Source: Haliotis rubra (taxonomy: Eukaryota). Taken from it: a stretch of DNA of 64,000 nt. The DNA lies in NCBI RefSeq assembly GCF_003918875.1, contig NW_025766966.1, positions 1,116,001 through 1,180,000 on the forward strand. The letters are read 5' to 3'. This document shows, piece after piece, positions 53,218 to 64,000 of this stretch (positions are counted from its first letter, which is position 1; each line of letters opens with the position of its first letter). The position numbers and the translations under genes are program-made. The notes below the pieces were generated by a model. The model made no database searches. It saw nothing but the letters and a program-made list of their open reading frames with translations, and was not told the DNA's origin.

Positions 53218-56200
53218 ATGGGTGCATGTCCGTACTTCAACAGTTTTGATACGTACGTTGTAGTGGGATATTGTTTACAATCAGGTAATCAGGTAATTTG
53301 TACATTCCCAATTCCAGATTGGCGTGATCGTATACTGCTGGATTGTGATCATTGCAAGGCACAGAGTAGGGTCGGGTACGTCGAATTAAATTGTATCTGA
53401 GCCGCTTCACGTTGGTAGTATAAGGCATATAGCCAATATAATTTACACTGATATAGAATATGCTAATTGAATTGTAGGTCACATATATATGAAACCGTAC
53501 TTTCAAAATTTAACGCATGTGTATTGGCCTAACATTCGTTATTGTAAATAAAACGATTCACAAAGGGTAACAGATGACAACCGGTGCTATAGCTGAGAAT
53601 GCTTAGTCACTGTACATGTATTGGCATAAAACAGCATACATTTAAACATTGCATTATCTAGAATCTTGTGTGGACAAAGAAGGGGACGCCTGCAAGACGA
53701 TTGATTGTTTACAGCCAGGAGTCGTTCACCTGTGTGCGAAGACGTGTGACATTTGTACGGAAAAAGGTTTGTTTTCACTGACTAAAACGTGACACGTAAT
53801 ACCAGTTCAGGCAGATCATTCCATAACGTGTTCCTCGTTTCTTAATTCTGCGGTTGACTGAGCCTCACCTGTACAATTTAGCAACACATTTATGAATCAC
53901 ATATCGTCCTCAAAGTACTTGAATGAGACGTTGATTTTCTTTTGATTTCCATGTGTGTGTTTGCAATTGTTTGACTAGGTTTTTTTCCATATACGTGATA
54001 TTCCTCTGTATCAACTGACAAGAACATGATTAGTCTGCATAATCTATCAAGATGTTAATGTCAGAAACAGATGCTTCGAACGGGTTCCTCATTGTCCGAC
54101 ATGATTGTGCAGGTTGCAAAGGGGGCGACTACAAAACAGTTGAGGGAAGGTGTGAATCCTGTGACGAGCCGCCGCCATTGACATCACAGGACACTGACTC
54201 CTACAACAGTTCATGTGGCTGTCCAGACGGCAAGTGGGGTCGTGACTGTAATGAAACTTGCGGCATTGGATGCACATCTACATGTCGCAGGTGGACTGGG
54301 GCCTGCCATTCTGGATGTAAACACTGTTACTGGGGAAGTCGTTGTACTCGGATATATGACAATTGTATCTGTGCTAAATCCCGTGTTTGCAAGTGTAAAA
54401 AGGGATATCTCGGAAGAACATGTGACGTGCCTTGTCCAGAGACATGTCTTAATGCTGAATGTAACAACACACGTGTATGTACAAGGGGATGTACAGAAGG
54501 CTGGCATGGGCTACAGTGTGGTTCTCCATGTGGACGAAACTGTGAAAACGCAACGTGCAGACGGAATACTGGATCTTGTGACAAGGGATGTACTTCTGGC
54601 TGGTATGGTGACAAGTGTGACATGAGATGTTCAGGAAACTGTGAAAGTGGAATGTGCATACGGGATACTGGATCTTGTGACAAGGGATGTACTTCTGGAT
54701 GGTATGGTGACAGATGTGACATGAGATGTTCAGGAAACTGTAAAAGTGGAACGTGCATACGGGATACTGGATCTTGTGACAAGGGAACTTCATGGAACAA
54801 GTGTGACATGAGATGTCCAGGACACTGTGCTTCAGTGTCGTGTAACAGAACTGATGAGGCATGTTCTCCCTGTAAGAATGGTTTCTCAGGTTTTAACTGT
54901 AGCACACCATGTCCACCCAATTGTGCAACAAACTCGTGTGCACAAAGTAGTGGTTCCTGTAACAAATGTACCACCCGCTACAGCGGATCTCACTGTAACA
55001 CATCATGCCCAGGCAACTGTGCTACTGAGTCCTGTGAACAACATGGAGCTCTCTGTACAGGATGCAAACCTGGCTACAGCGGTCCACGCTGTGACACCAG
55101 GTGTCTAGACACGTGTCTGAATGGTACATGTGACATAACTGATGGATCTTGCCTACTCGGGTGTAAAGTTGGTACCTATGGACATCACTGTCACCGCTCC
55201 TGTAATGTCAACTGTCTGAAGACCAACTGTTCCCGTGACTCTGGAAACTGTACACACGGATGTAAGGACGGCTGGTGGGGGTCTCAGTGTGATAGCAGGT
55301 GTCCAACACATTGTGCCAGGTGTGATAGGGTTGATGCTGGATGTCTGGGATGTGAGGAGAACTACTACGGAGACAACTGTAGCAGCAGGTGTTCCCCCAG
55401 GTGCGGCAGGTGTGACAGTACTGGATATTGTCTTACCTGTGCGGAAGGCTGGGAGGGAGACGGCTGCCATGGTAACCATACTTTTCAACTAACCTGACCG
55501 AAAGTATACTGACTTAATGTTATTGTTCACACACTTCCCTCAGTGATCACATCTCGGTTTGATCCAGGGGAGCGAATCTATAGCCATGTGAAACTTCTAC
55601 TTGTTCATTTCCGTGGGTAGCAGTAAGGATCAAAGTGTAGTTTATTTATTTCGACATTTTATAAAGTTAGATTTTGTTGTGACCATTCTGCATCAACCAC
55701 GCCTAAAGCTGATACATTGAATAGTCGTTAAGAAGCATTTGTCCTCAAAACATACAGTATATCTGCGATTTTTACACACGTGTGCGCACACACACATACA
55801 AATACAAATGAAATTTGATACACGTGTAGTTGTACAATGTCATATATTTCCTTCTATACATATGCTTTGTTATTTCGGATAAGTTCTATTATTCACCATG
55901 CTCTTATATTTCCTGTTAACCATTTTCCCTGTGGTAATGGTAGAATGGGACAATACGTATGTCCTAATGATGACTTCCTAGTAGTTTTTAATATAGTTTA
56001 ATTTGTGTGTTGGTAACATGTTTGAATATCAGTGGTGTCAGATAGGTTTTTCTGTAGCTGTATTTATTCCTTGTTTGCAAACATTGAAATATATCCAGAT
56101 GAGCCACCATGAGGTAACACTATTTTCAGGAACTCCTATTGATCCTGAACAACTGTTTGTGTATCTTTCAATACCCATGTCCTAGGGTGGGGTGTGAAAG

Positions 56201-57977
56201 TATCTACTAGATGTATGTAAGACCTTTGTTTTACAGGATAAACAAACTCATAAAAACAGTAGTAGTCTGAAATGTTTATCCAGGGAGTATAACGGTGCAA
56301 TTATGTTATTAGTAGCAAGAAGGTCAAATATATGATGAAATTAACATGAACGTACATGTATTCGAAATCAAATACACAAAATCCTATCACAAGTCTATTT
56401 AATAATTGCTACTGGTGTGAACTGGTGTACTATATGTCAGTTGTGTATTTTGCAAATAGACAAATTTACTGAACCATGTATATGAATTGATCAGATTGTG
56501 CACTTTTAACAGGATATCGAGCCTGGAAAAGACGGTTATAGATATTTTCATTATTGTTATTATAATTGCGTGCAATACCTAAAGCAAACAGCTGTTAAAA
56601 ATTCGTACCTGTCGGATACGTAGTTATCCTATACTCCAGCTAATATTATACAACTTACGAGTGGTCATCATTTAAAGAAAATGTATTTTAACAATAGTTC
56701 CACAATAGAAGGCCCGAATTTTCTGAAAAAGAATCAAATTATACGTGTGCGTTTATTCATCTGATAAATACCAGTCGTGTTTTTATATATACACTAAACG
56801 ATTATTGATGTTGTAGTGCAACATTACAATATGGTTGATGGTCATAAACCAAGAATGCTCTTGATCTTTTCATTATGTTTCAGAGTCGAAGAGTGTGAGT
56901 CCATCAATAATTGTACTGATTTGCGTCGTTGTAGCTCTGTTGCTTATCATCGTGATCATGACCATTAAGAGGTACGTTCGGGTTCTTTATAACAACTGTA
57001 GGCTTAGTAACTGAGGTAAATTCTGTTAAGTTGACCGTATAATTATCTGTTCTATTCGTATAAATACCCTTGACCTTTTTGTGTCGTCACAATCCAATTC
57101 TCTTATATTTAAGTTTACATAGATATCGTATTGCTCTTAATGTAATTGGACAGCTATTACTAGAAACAAAATGTATCATAACTAATGTTTCTATTAGACA
57201 CATAATTGTTTGGATAAGTAAGGATGGCCTTAGGTATTAAAACTGAAAGCTATGGTAACAATTAAGTTCTCCAATGATTAGATTAAAATTTGACAAACAT
57301 TCCTCATAGAGACTGTGTTTGCCTTAGTTCATTACCTTAATGATTACTTTGTAGCAACAGGTCTACCACTTTTGATGTCAGATATTTAATATTCTTACAT
57401 CTCAAAACTACTTCCTGCCGAGCGAATAATGCAATTTCTCAATTGTCAGTCATTGTCAGAACTGGTCTGAAAAATATTTTTAAGTCCCATAGTTCATTAT
57501 CTCGTTCAGTACATTTAATGACTCACTGGGTAACTGAATATAACCACTTTCGGTTTCGGGACAATAGTTTGATATGTGAGACACAATTATCACAAAGCAG
57601 ATATCTTATCTGAATATGACCTAAATAGTGATTGCATAGCACCCGTCTCTTATATAATTCATGTGCGCAATTTTGGCAAACTGTTTAAGGTTGGAGTTTT
57701 TCATTAATAGTTTTCATTCAATATTATTTTCAGTTTGTCTAAACGAGGAAGCACTGTGTATCTCACCCCCCAAATTGATGAAGAGGCTGTCTCTCCAGCA
57801 AATGATTTGCCACTGTTTCCACTGTATGAATTGGATGAAGCACGTGACAGTACAGGATCCCAGTATGAAAGAATCCCTGACACTGCAGTATCGGTGGAAG
57901 ACCGAGGCTACGAACAGTTGAGACAAGCTCCCCAATGCACGGGTTACACTTCTTTGAAAAGAGCAGAGGAGGTCTGA
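53218..57977 (+). CDS. ShKT + multiple EGF-like (MEGF/SCARF-type) single-pass receptor with ITIM/ITAM-like cytoplasmic tail (~620 aa)
   Basis: Exons: 53218-53284 (leader; start uncertain), 53662-53766 (ShKT: CVDKEGDACKTIDCLQPGVVHLCAKTCDIC), 54113-55471 (EGF repeats, e.g. CDKGCTSGWYGDKC), 56884-56971 (TM IIVLICVVVALLLIIVIMTI), 57734-57977 (tail, stop TGA). GT-AG, phases 1-1-1-2. Confidence 0.8.
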
Positions 57978-60409
57978 ACAATGACGTCATGTTCTGCTGG
58001 AAAACTTTGACATTTCAATTTAATTACATTGCTCTTTTAACTCGAGGTTATTGGTTTGTTTGATACTTAGAAATCATTGCATTTAATCTAAAAAATTAAT
58101 CCTTGGCGTGGTATTGTAACCTGCTGGTTAAAAGGTTTCGCCCATCACTGTAAGTGTCCACAGGGTCGTAATTAAAGCAAGGCTCTTCACAGATGCGTTC
58201 ACAGCCGATGTCTTTCGTTCGGCACAGCTCGGTCCAATTCGGCACAGCTCACATACAGGGAATTTTTTACCAAACATTGTTTTTATATAAGGTATTTCAC
58301 ATGTTTAGGCAAGTTTATCCATGAATTTGATTTTGATGCACTAGCGGTAATGTTCGGTACCATGTATATATTTCTCAAGTATTTGAGGTCATTTTTGCCA
58401 CCTCACAATTTGTACATATCTGGTTGTAAATGCTTATTAGTACCTTTGAGTGTATATGTTCAGCCCTATATCTTGATATCTACTCTTGGTTTAGCAGTTA
58501 GTTTGATACTCGTGTTTTCCATATTTTAGAAGACTCAAAACTGGTTAATTCTTGTGAATAGCCCAGGCTACCGCCTCTGACGTCGTGCGCTGGATTTACG
58601 TAAGAACCTTGGCCTTGACAGCTGTAACTATCGCCGGGCACATTCGTCACCCTTCGCCCCTTACCGTAACCGTAAGACGAAGAGGTATTCGGCTTGTCCC
58701 GAAATAACACGAGTTGGTCACGAATGCGCCAGGCAGAGCGAGACGGCCACGGGTCCTACTGGTACTGGGTGGTCAGTGCGAAACGTGTTCGCTAGAAAGT
58801 ATTTAAGAGCCGTATTTCACATGGTACTGACGTATATATCTGATGTTAATGAGCAAACCTTATTGGCTCTGATGTTACATTTCACTCCTTCAATTCTAGT
58901 AATCCGTGGGTAGCCAGTTTTCATATTTGCTAAATAGGATTGCCTAGTTTAGGTCACGTACGGTTTTATTGTCATGAGTCAAGTTACTTGTTAGGTCAAG
59001 TACCAACATGTTATAGAAGGCTAGAATTTCGTTGTTCTGTCCAGATGACTTCATTCTGTAAGACATATATCTGGGCGTGTTTGTAATGCAGCTGGTATAA
59101 AGCGCCACGTTAAAACCTGACTCGCTATAGTTCTCGGTTTATTCATAATATGTCGTCATGACTTTAGTTATAGCGTTGCAAACATATCACTGTCTAGTAG
59201 GAATGGTCATGCACTGGAATAAGTTTAGATAAATATCACTAAGTAGCTTATCATCATAAAATGTATTGGTTCTGTGATATCTAACAACCACACATGTACA
59301 TTGTTTTACTAACTACTCAATTGTCATTACACAAGGGAGTTAATGACCACACATAACATGTTATATTCACAACGAAAAGTTGTCAAACCAAGGGAGGTAA
59401 TCTGCTGCCAAATAACACGTTTTGCTTAGACACCAACAATTAGAACAGTATTTACACATATATCTAACATAGAAATAGCTCTATAAATAACAAACAAATT
59501 TCGATAGTATTTTGTAATCCTTACAGGATACACGAAAATCGTACATTAAAGTGAAATGTATAAGACCTAACCCATTGAGCGTATTTTACGACATCATGTT
59601 GACTCCACACACACCGGATTGTTTAAAGTCTGTACTTCTCAAACATCTTTCTTCATCAGTGATAGTGCATTAATGACATTCACCCAAAGAATACCATCGC
59701 AAATATACTAAGTCCTACTGACAACAGTCACTGTACTGAAGTTAATTAGTGTTAGAATGCCAGCCGTAACAACGGCATTTACTACGCCTGCCTAACTCAT
59801 CATGTAAGTTTAGCTTCAACTATAATAATAACATTATCGTTAAGATACAACCGAATTAATGAACTGTGAAAGACCTAATAACCCAAAACATAATTTAGTG
59901 TTAACTTCCAGGTGAAGATGGTATCCCCATAGAGATGTTAAAAATGCAATCTGCGATATCCATGCTATTTATCAACAGTGTGTTTAACCGTGTTTTTGAA
60001 ATTCGTAATTAGCATGGTATACGGTTAATGAATTAATTTGTTAATGTAGTTTTTCTAATTTCTCTATGAATAACACAATCAAATGAAACTAAGATAAAAT
60101 GATTGTACAACAGTTATGTAATTAACTCTGCGGTGATAATTTGTCACAGCCAACATAACTGACTGCCTAGTATGCATCTTGTCGGATATCTTGATTTAAC
60201 TTCAGTTATATTTGGTAACAGAGTTGATACCGTTGCTTGGCTAACCATCTTGAATATTTGCTCATGGTTTGACAATCAGAGATCCTTGTAATGTAGATCC
60301 CCTTGATCTCTTTGAATACACACTGCAATCCGGACAGTGGTCAAATGTAACATTTGCTATTTTGGGGATTAGACTTTCTTAGTAAAGTACTCATTCTAGT
60401 ACTTTTACT

Positions 60410-60497
60410 AGTCCGGTATTCGAACCCACACTCTCAGAGTCGGGCATCTAATCGCTAGCACACAGACTTAGCGATTTAACCCACTCAGCCATCGCAG
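60410..60497 (-). mobile_element. tRNA-Ser/Leu-like SINE head
   Basis: gatggctgagtgggttaa A box, long spacer, ggttcgaatacc B box; no intact cloverleaf. Confidence 0.45.
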
Positions 60498-62844
60498 CTT
60501 CCACATCAGTGGTGATCCCTTCGATTGCTTTTCTGCTTACAATAAATATGTGAACTTAAACTACGTTCTTATTTTATTAATGTGTAATGATAGTCTCAAA
60601 AGCACAGATCTATGATACAATGGCATGTGTTTAGTTCTCAACATTAACAAATGACGTTGCTGAAATATTACTAAATACATCCACAGATCTCCCTTAGGTG
60701 AGAAATACTTCAGTTATTTCATGTTACAGAGAACAGAAACTGTAGCATCACTTACTCACTTTAAACAGGTGCGCATGTCCAATAACCGTGCCACAACATT
60801 TGAAGTAATCAAGCAAACGTCCAAGGCCTCAGTAAATCTTTCAAAACTTTTATCAAGAAGATTTGCAACTTTGATGCATTAGTGAGAGACAAATAAGACA
60901 AATATGATGGTTGATGATTCTCCGTTCTGACATCTGTGATTACATATTCCTTGTTTTTCTCCCAGCTGAGCAACCGACTGGCATGTTTATGTTTTTGTGT
61001 TCGCTGCAGAATATCTACCAAACGGCGGTAATCAGTAATCACTCACTCACACTCGCATGTTTTGTAACAGGTGTCATCCTTTGGGCAGAACACGTTTACC
61101 GTTTCCCGAACACCCGGTGTCATTACTTTCTTATGGTAATTCGCGACACATGCACATGCCATGGTCTGAATCGTACAATGGACTCTGTCGTATTCGGGAT
61201 TTTTTTATGATTTTCGTACTGGTTTTGTCATTTTATTTGCAAATACCTTTCAAACAATGTATATATGTACGATCTATCCATAAGGTATAATTATAATTCT
61301 GAATTCTGAATGTTTCCACTGATATTATGTATATTCAGGATACACCCATCCCATACCCCGCCTTTAGATTAATGGAACATATTCCTGATGGCATGCCGAT
61401 AGATTTGATATCTAGTTCACTTAATCACATGGAATTGTGTATTTTGCTTGCATGATTCAAGAAAATAAACTTCTTTCTCTTCATTTTGGTTGTTCAGTTC
61501 AACAGTTCCCGAAAAAACTTGAATACGTTATGATTTTGTTGAGAAAGTAATATTTCCAGCAGTGCATGAGTGATACAGTTCACCTTTTACACCCGTTTCC
61601 TGGTGGTCCTGATAGGTTCATGGAAAGAACGCTGACCAACTGTGTACAGTTAGGTTCATATCCGTTTGGTCATCCAGGGACAGTGTGGTATACTCAACTA
61701 CCCCTTCATGACAAGTGTCTGAAGCCACCAACCAATATCGGCTGATGTTTAAAATGTGTTGAAAGGGAATGTACATGACTGCTTTGTTTCCTTGGGACTA
61801 AAGAAATGTAGCATTCACATGTCACCATATATCGTATTTCCTCCTTTTTCAACGGACTTCCAGACCCGGCGCTTATTAGAGTCCCGGCTCCCATACATAT
61901 TTGTGTACATGAAACCAACTCTTTGTAGCTTCGACGATTACACAACTACCATCAACCCGTATCATGAGGAGGACAGGAAATTATGACTACAGCCACGTCT
62001 TATATATTCAATATTATCATTGGATCTTGTGCAGTTATCTCCCTTGCACTGCATGGCCCTTCTCGTAGTAAAATAGAATTGATACATTTGGGCATATACG
62101 GGTTTCAACGTGGCTGTTATGTTGAGCCAAGTATCAATATTGTTTGGACTCTGTTATGAATATTTCAGAAGCTTATATTTACCATTGATAGCAACTGTTC
62201 ACAAATAATATCATGCAATAACTTTAAACTCACTGCATTTTCTTCACTGTACTCTGATATGTCAATGAATTAACACATATTGCGAACTGATTCAAGGCAA
62301 AACTCACGTATAGGCTGGTACAGATGAAGTGTCGCCTGATGCGCTTGAATCGAGCTTGATTTCATGTTTCAGAAATCCTTCGTCTATATAGGGCATTACT
62401 CTCTTTATATATACGATTTTTATTTTGATATATCATATATTTTTGGTCACAAACATTTATGGAGCAGTTTATGTAAAATGAGAAACATGCTCTTAGTAAT
62501 ACCCTCTTTTATATGCTGTGTCATTTCTCTCCGATACTTTTTATGTGAGGGTGATCTGGAATACCCTAAGTTACAATACACTAGTAAATATCTAAACATT
62601 CAACCGTTATGATCATATCAGGTGTGACTGGGACAACTATGTAACGTTTCAGTTCGGTTGTGTAATTACCTCTATTATACTGCATCTCAATTGAGAATGG
62701 CAGAAACAGTAATTTCGTGGAAAATAAGTAGTCATAATTGTTTATCATATGTTTCCATCAGGCCCATGTGTGCACTAAAACAACACAAATTAGTCATCTT
62801 TTCGCTTCATTAGGCTATCCTACCCAACAACACCAACTAAAATA

Positions 62845-63608
62845 TACTCTACACAAAAAGGAAACGCAAGGTTGTTTTCAGATGTATGCTCTATGTATTA
62901 TAAATTTATATTATTAATAATTCAACGGATCATAATATCCTGTACAGATTTGGTACACGTCACTGTCACTGACCGGGGTTCATCATGAAACAATGAAACA
63001 ACCCAATGTCTTGGTGAAGCTCATCTGTTTAATCTGTGTAACGTTGAGCCGTTAAATTGTCCTGGACGTGTACCAAATCTGTTCTAAAGGTAAAGGTATG
63101 GTGGCCCACACTATTACCCTATCGCCACCAAACCTGACCCTCCCTGTTGGCAGTTTAAAACATAAAGTTCCCCACGACGTCTAACCGTCTGAACGGAGCA
63201 GCAAAAATCGTGACTCGTCACTAAACCAAACACGTCTCCATCGTTGTGGTGGCCATGCTCTGTGTCCTTGACCCCACTGACGTCGCAGCCGACGATGCTG
63301 ATCAGTCAGAATGACGCCTCCAACTGGTCGTCTCCGGGACAATACCTCCGGCGCGTAGCTAAACGGTTCATCGCTGTCTGGGCTGAAATCCTTCACAGTC
63401 CTGGTACTGCTGTTGTAGAGGTGACCGTGGTGAGTCTATCAATTAAGTGACGGACCGGTATGAACAAGTCTTGGTCGACGGAATCTGGAGAGGTCACGTC
63501 TTCTGCGGTCCACAGTCTTGTCATGGTGGAGAAACCCGGATACGGAGAGTCGCCTGTCTGGAGCTGGCCAATGGCGTTGTTGCGTTGAGCTTCTGTCAGT
63601 CGTGGCAT
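62845..63608 (-). mobile_element. Tc1/mariner transposase relic
   Basis: MPRLTEAQRNNAIGQLQTG N-terminus and WRRVWFSDESRF (first catalytic D); frameshifted and deleted; boundaries approximate. Confidence 0.8.
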
Positions 63609-64000
63609 GTTTTCATTTTTTTACCGGCTGTACAATTGTGATGACAGACAAATGAAAACCCATCGTTTTCAAAGCCAAAGATGTCATGATGCACGTGCAT
63701 TTAATGTTTTTGTGGTTGCAAACCGAAACATGAGTCTCATTAGCCTATTTCTCGTGTGAAAGTGAAAATAGACATCCGAAACAACTTTGGTTACACTGAA
63801 TTCCAATTTCGTGTATCATAAGAAAATGGTATTTACAAATTAATTTTAATTTTAAACTTTAATAACATCGTATTTCTATAATTTATGGCGAGGTGTAGGC
63901 AGCATGACCTTAACTAAGACGTCACAGACAACCCCAGTTTGATGAGGCCGTAAAATGATTCACAATGCATATGGCTAACTGGTAACAGCTGTTATGTGTT

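Noticed and set aside
54089-55492. Overlapping alternative-frame and antisense ORFs over the EGF exon
   Set aside because: Shadows of TGT-rich repetitive coding sequence.

Overview
Eukaryotic, AT-rich, intron- and SINE-rich animal DNA, most consistent with a gastropod mollusc (abalone-like; inferred from SINE types and gene content, not proven). The ORF track shows only exon fragments, so I spliced genes by hand with GT-AG sites and phase checks. (1) An intact 18-exon secreted GH10 xylanase gene (- strand, 23050->8261, 852 aa): signal peptide, CBM4/9-like module, GH10 barrel, and a three-module 18-cysteine C-terminal domain matching the PCSK9 C-terminal domain. This fusion is the most striking item. 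(2) A frameshifted exon 1 of a tandem xylanase paralogue at the left edge. (3) A 13-coding-exon single-domain transmembrane tyrosine phosphatase with almost no ectodomain and a Glu in its TM helix (-, 36679->27947). (4) A RASD/Rhes-like small GTPase with broken G1/G3 motifs and no CAAX. (5) A ShKT + multiple-EGF type I receptor with ITIM- and ITAM-like tail motifs (+, ~53218->57977). Also present: a ~4.1 kb decayed APE-RT LINE bracketed by identical 181-bp inverted repeats, an R4/Dong-type LINE remnant, Penelope fragments, a Tc1/mariner relic, several MITEs, three abundant SINE families, minisatellites (two built from splice acceptors) and three assembly gaps.
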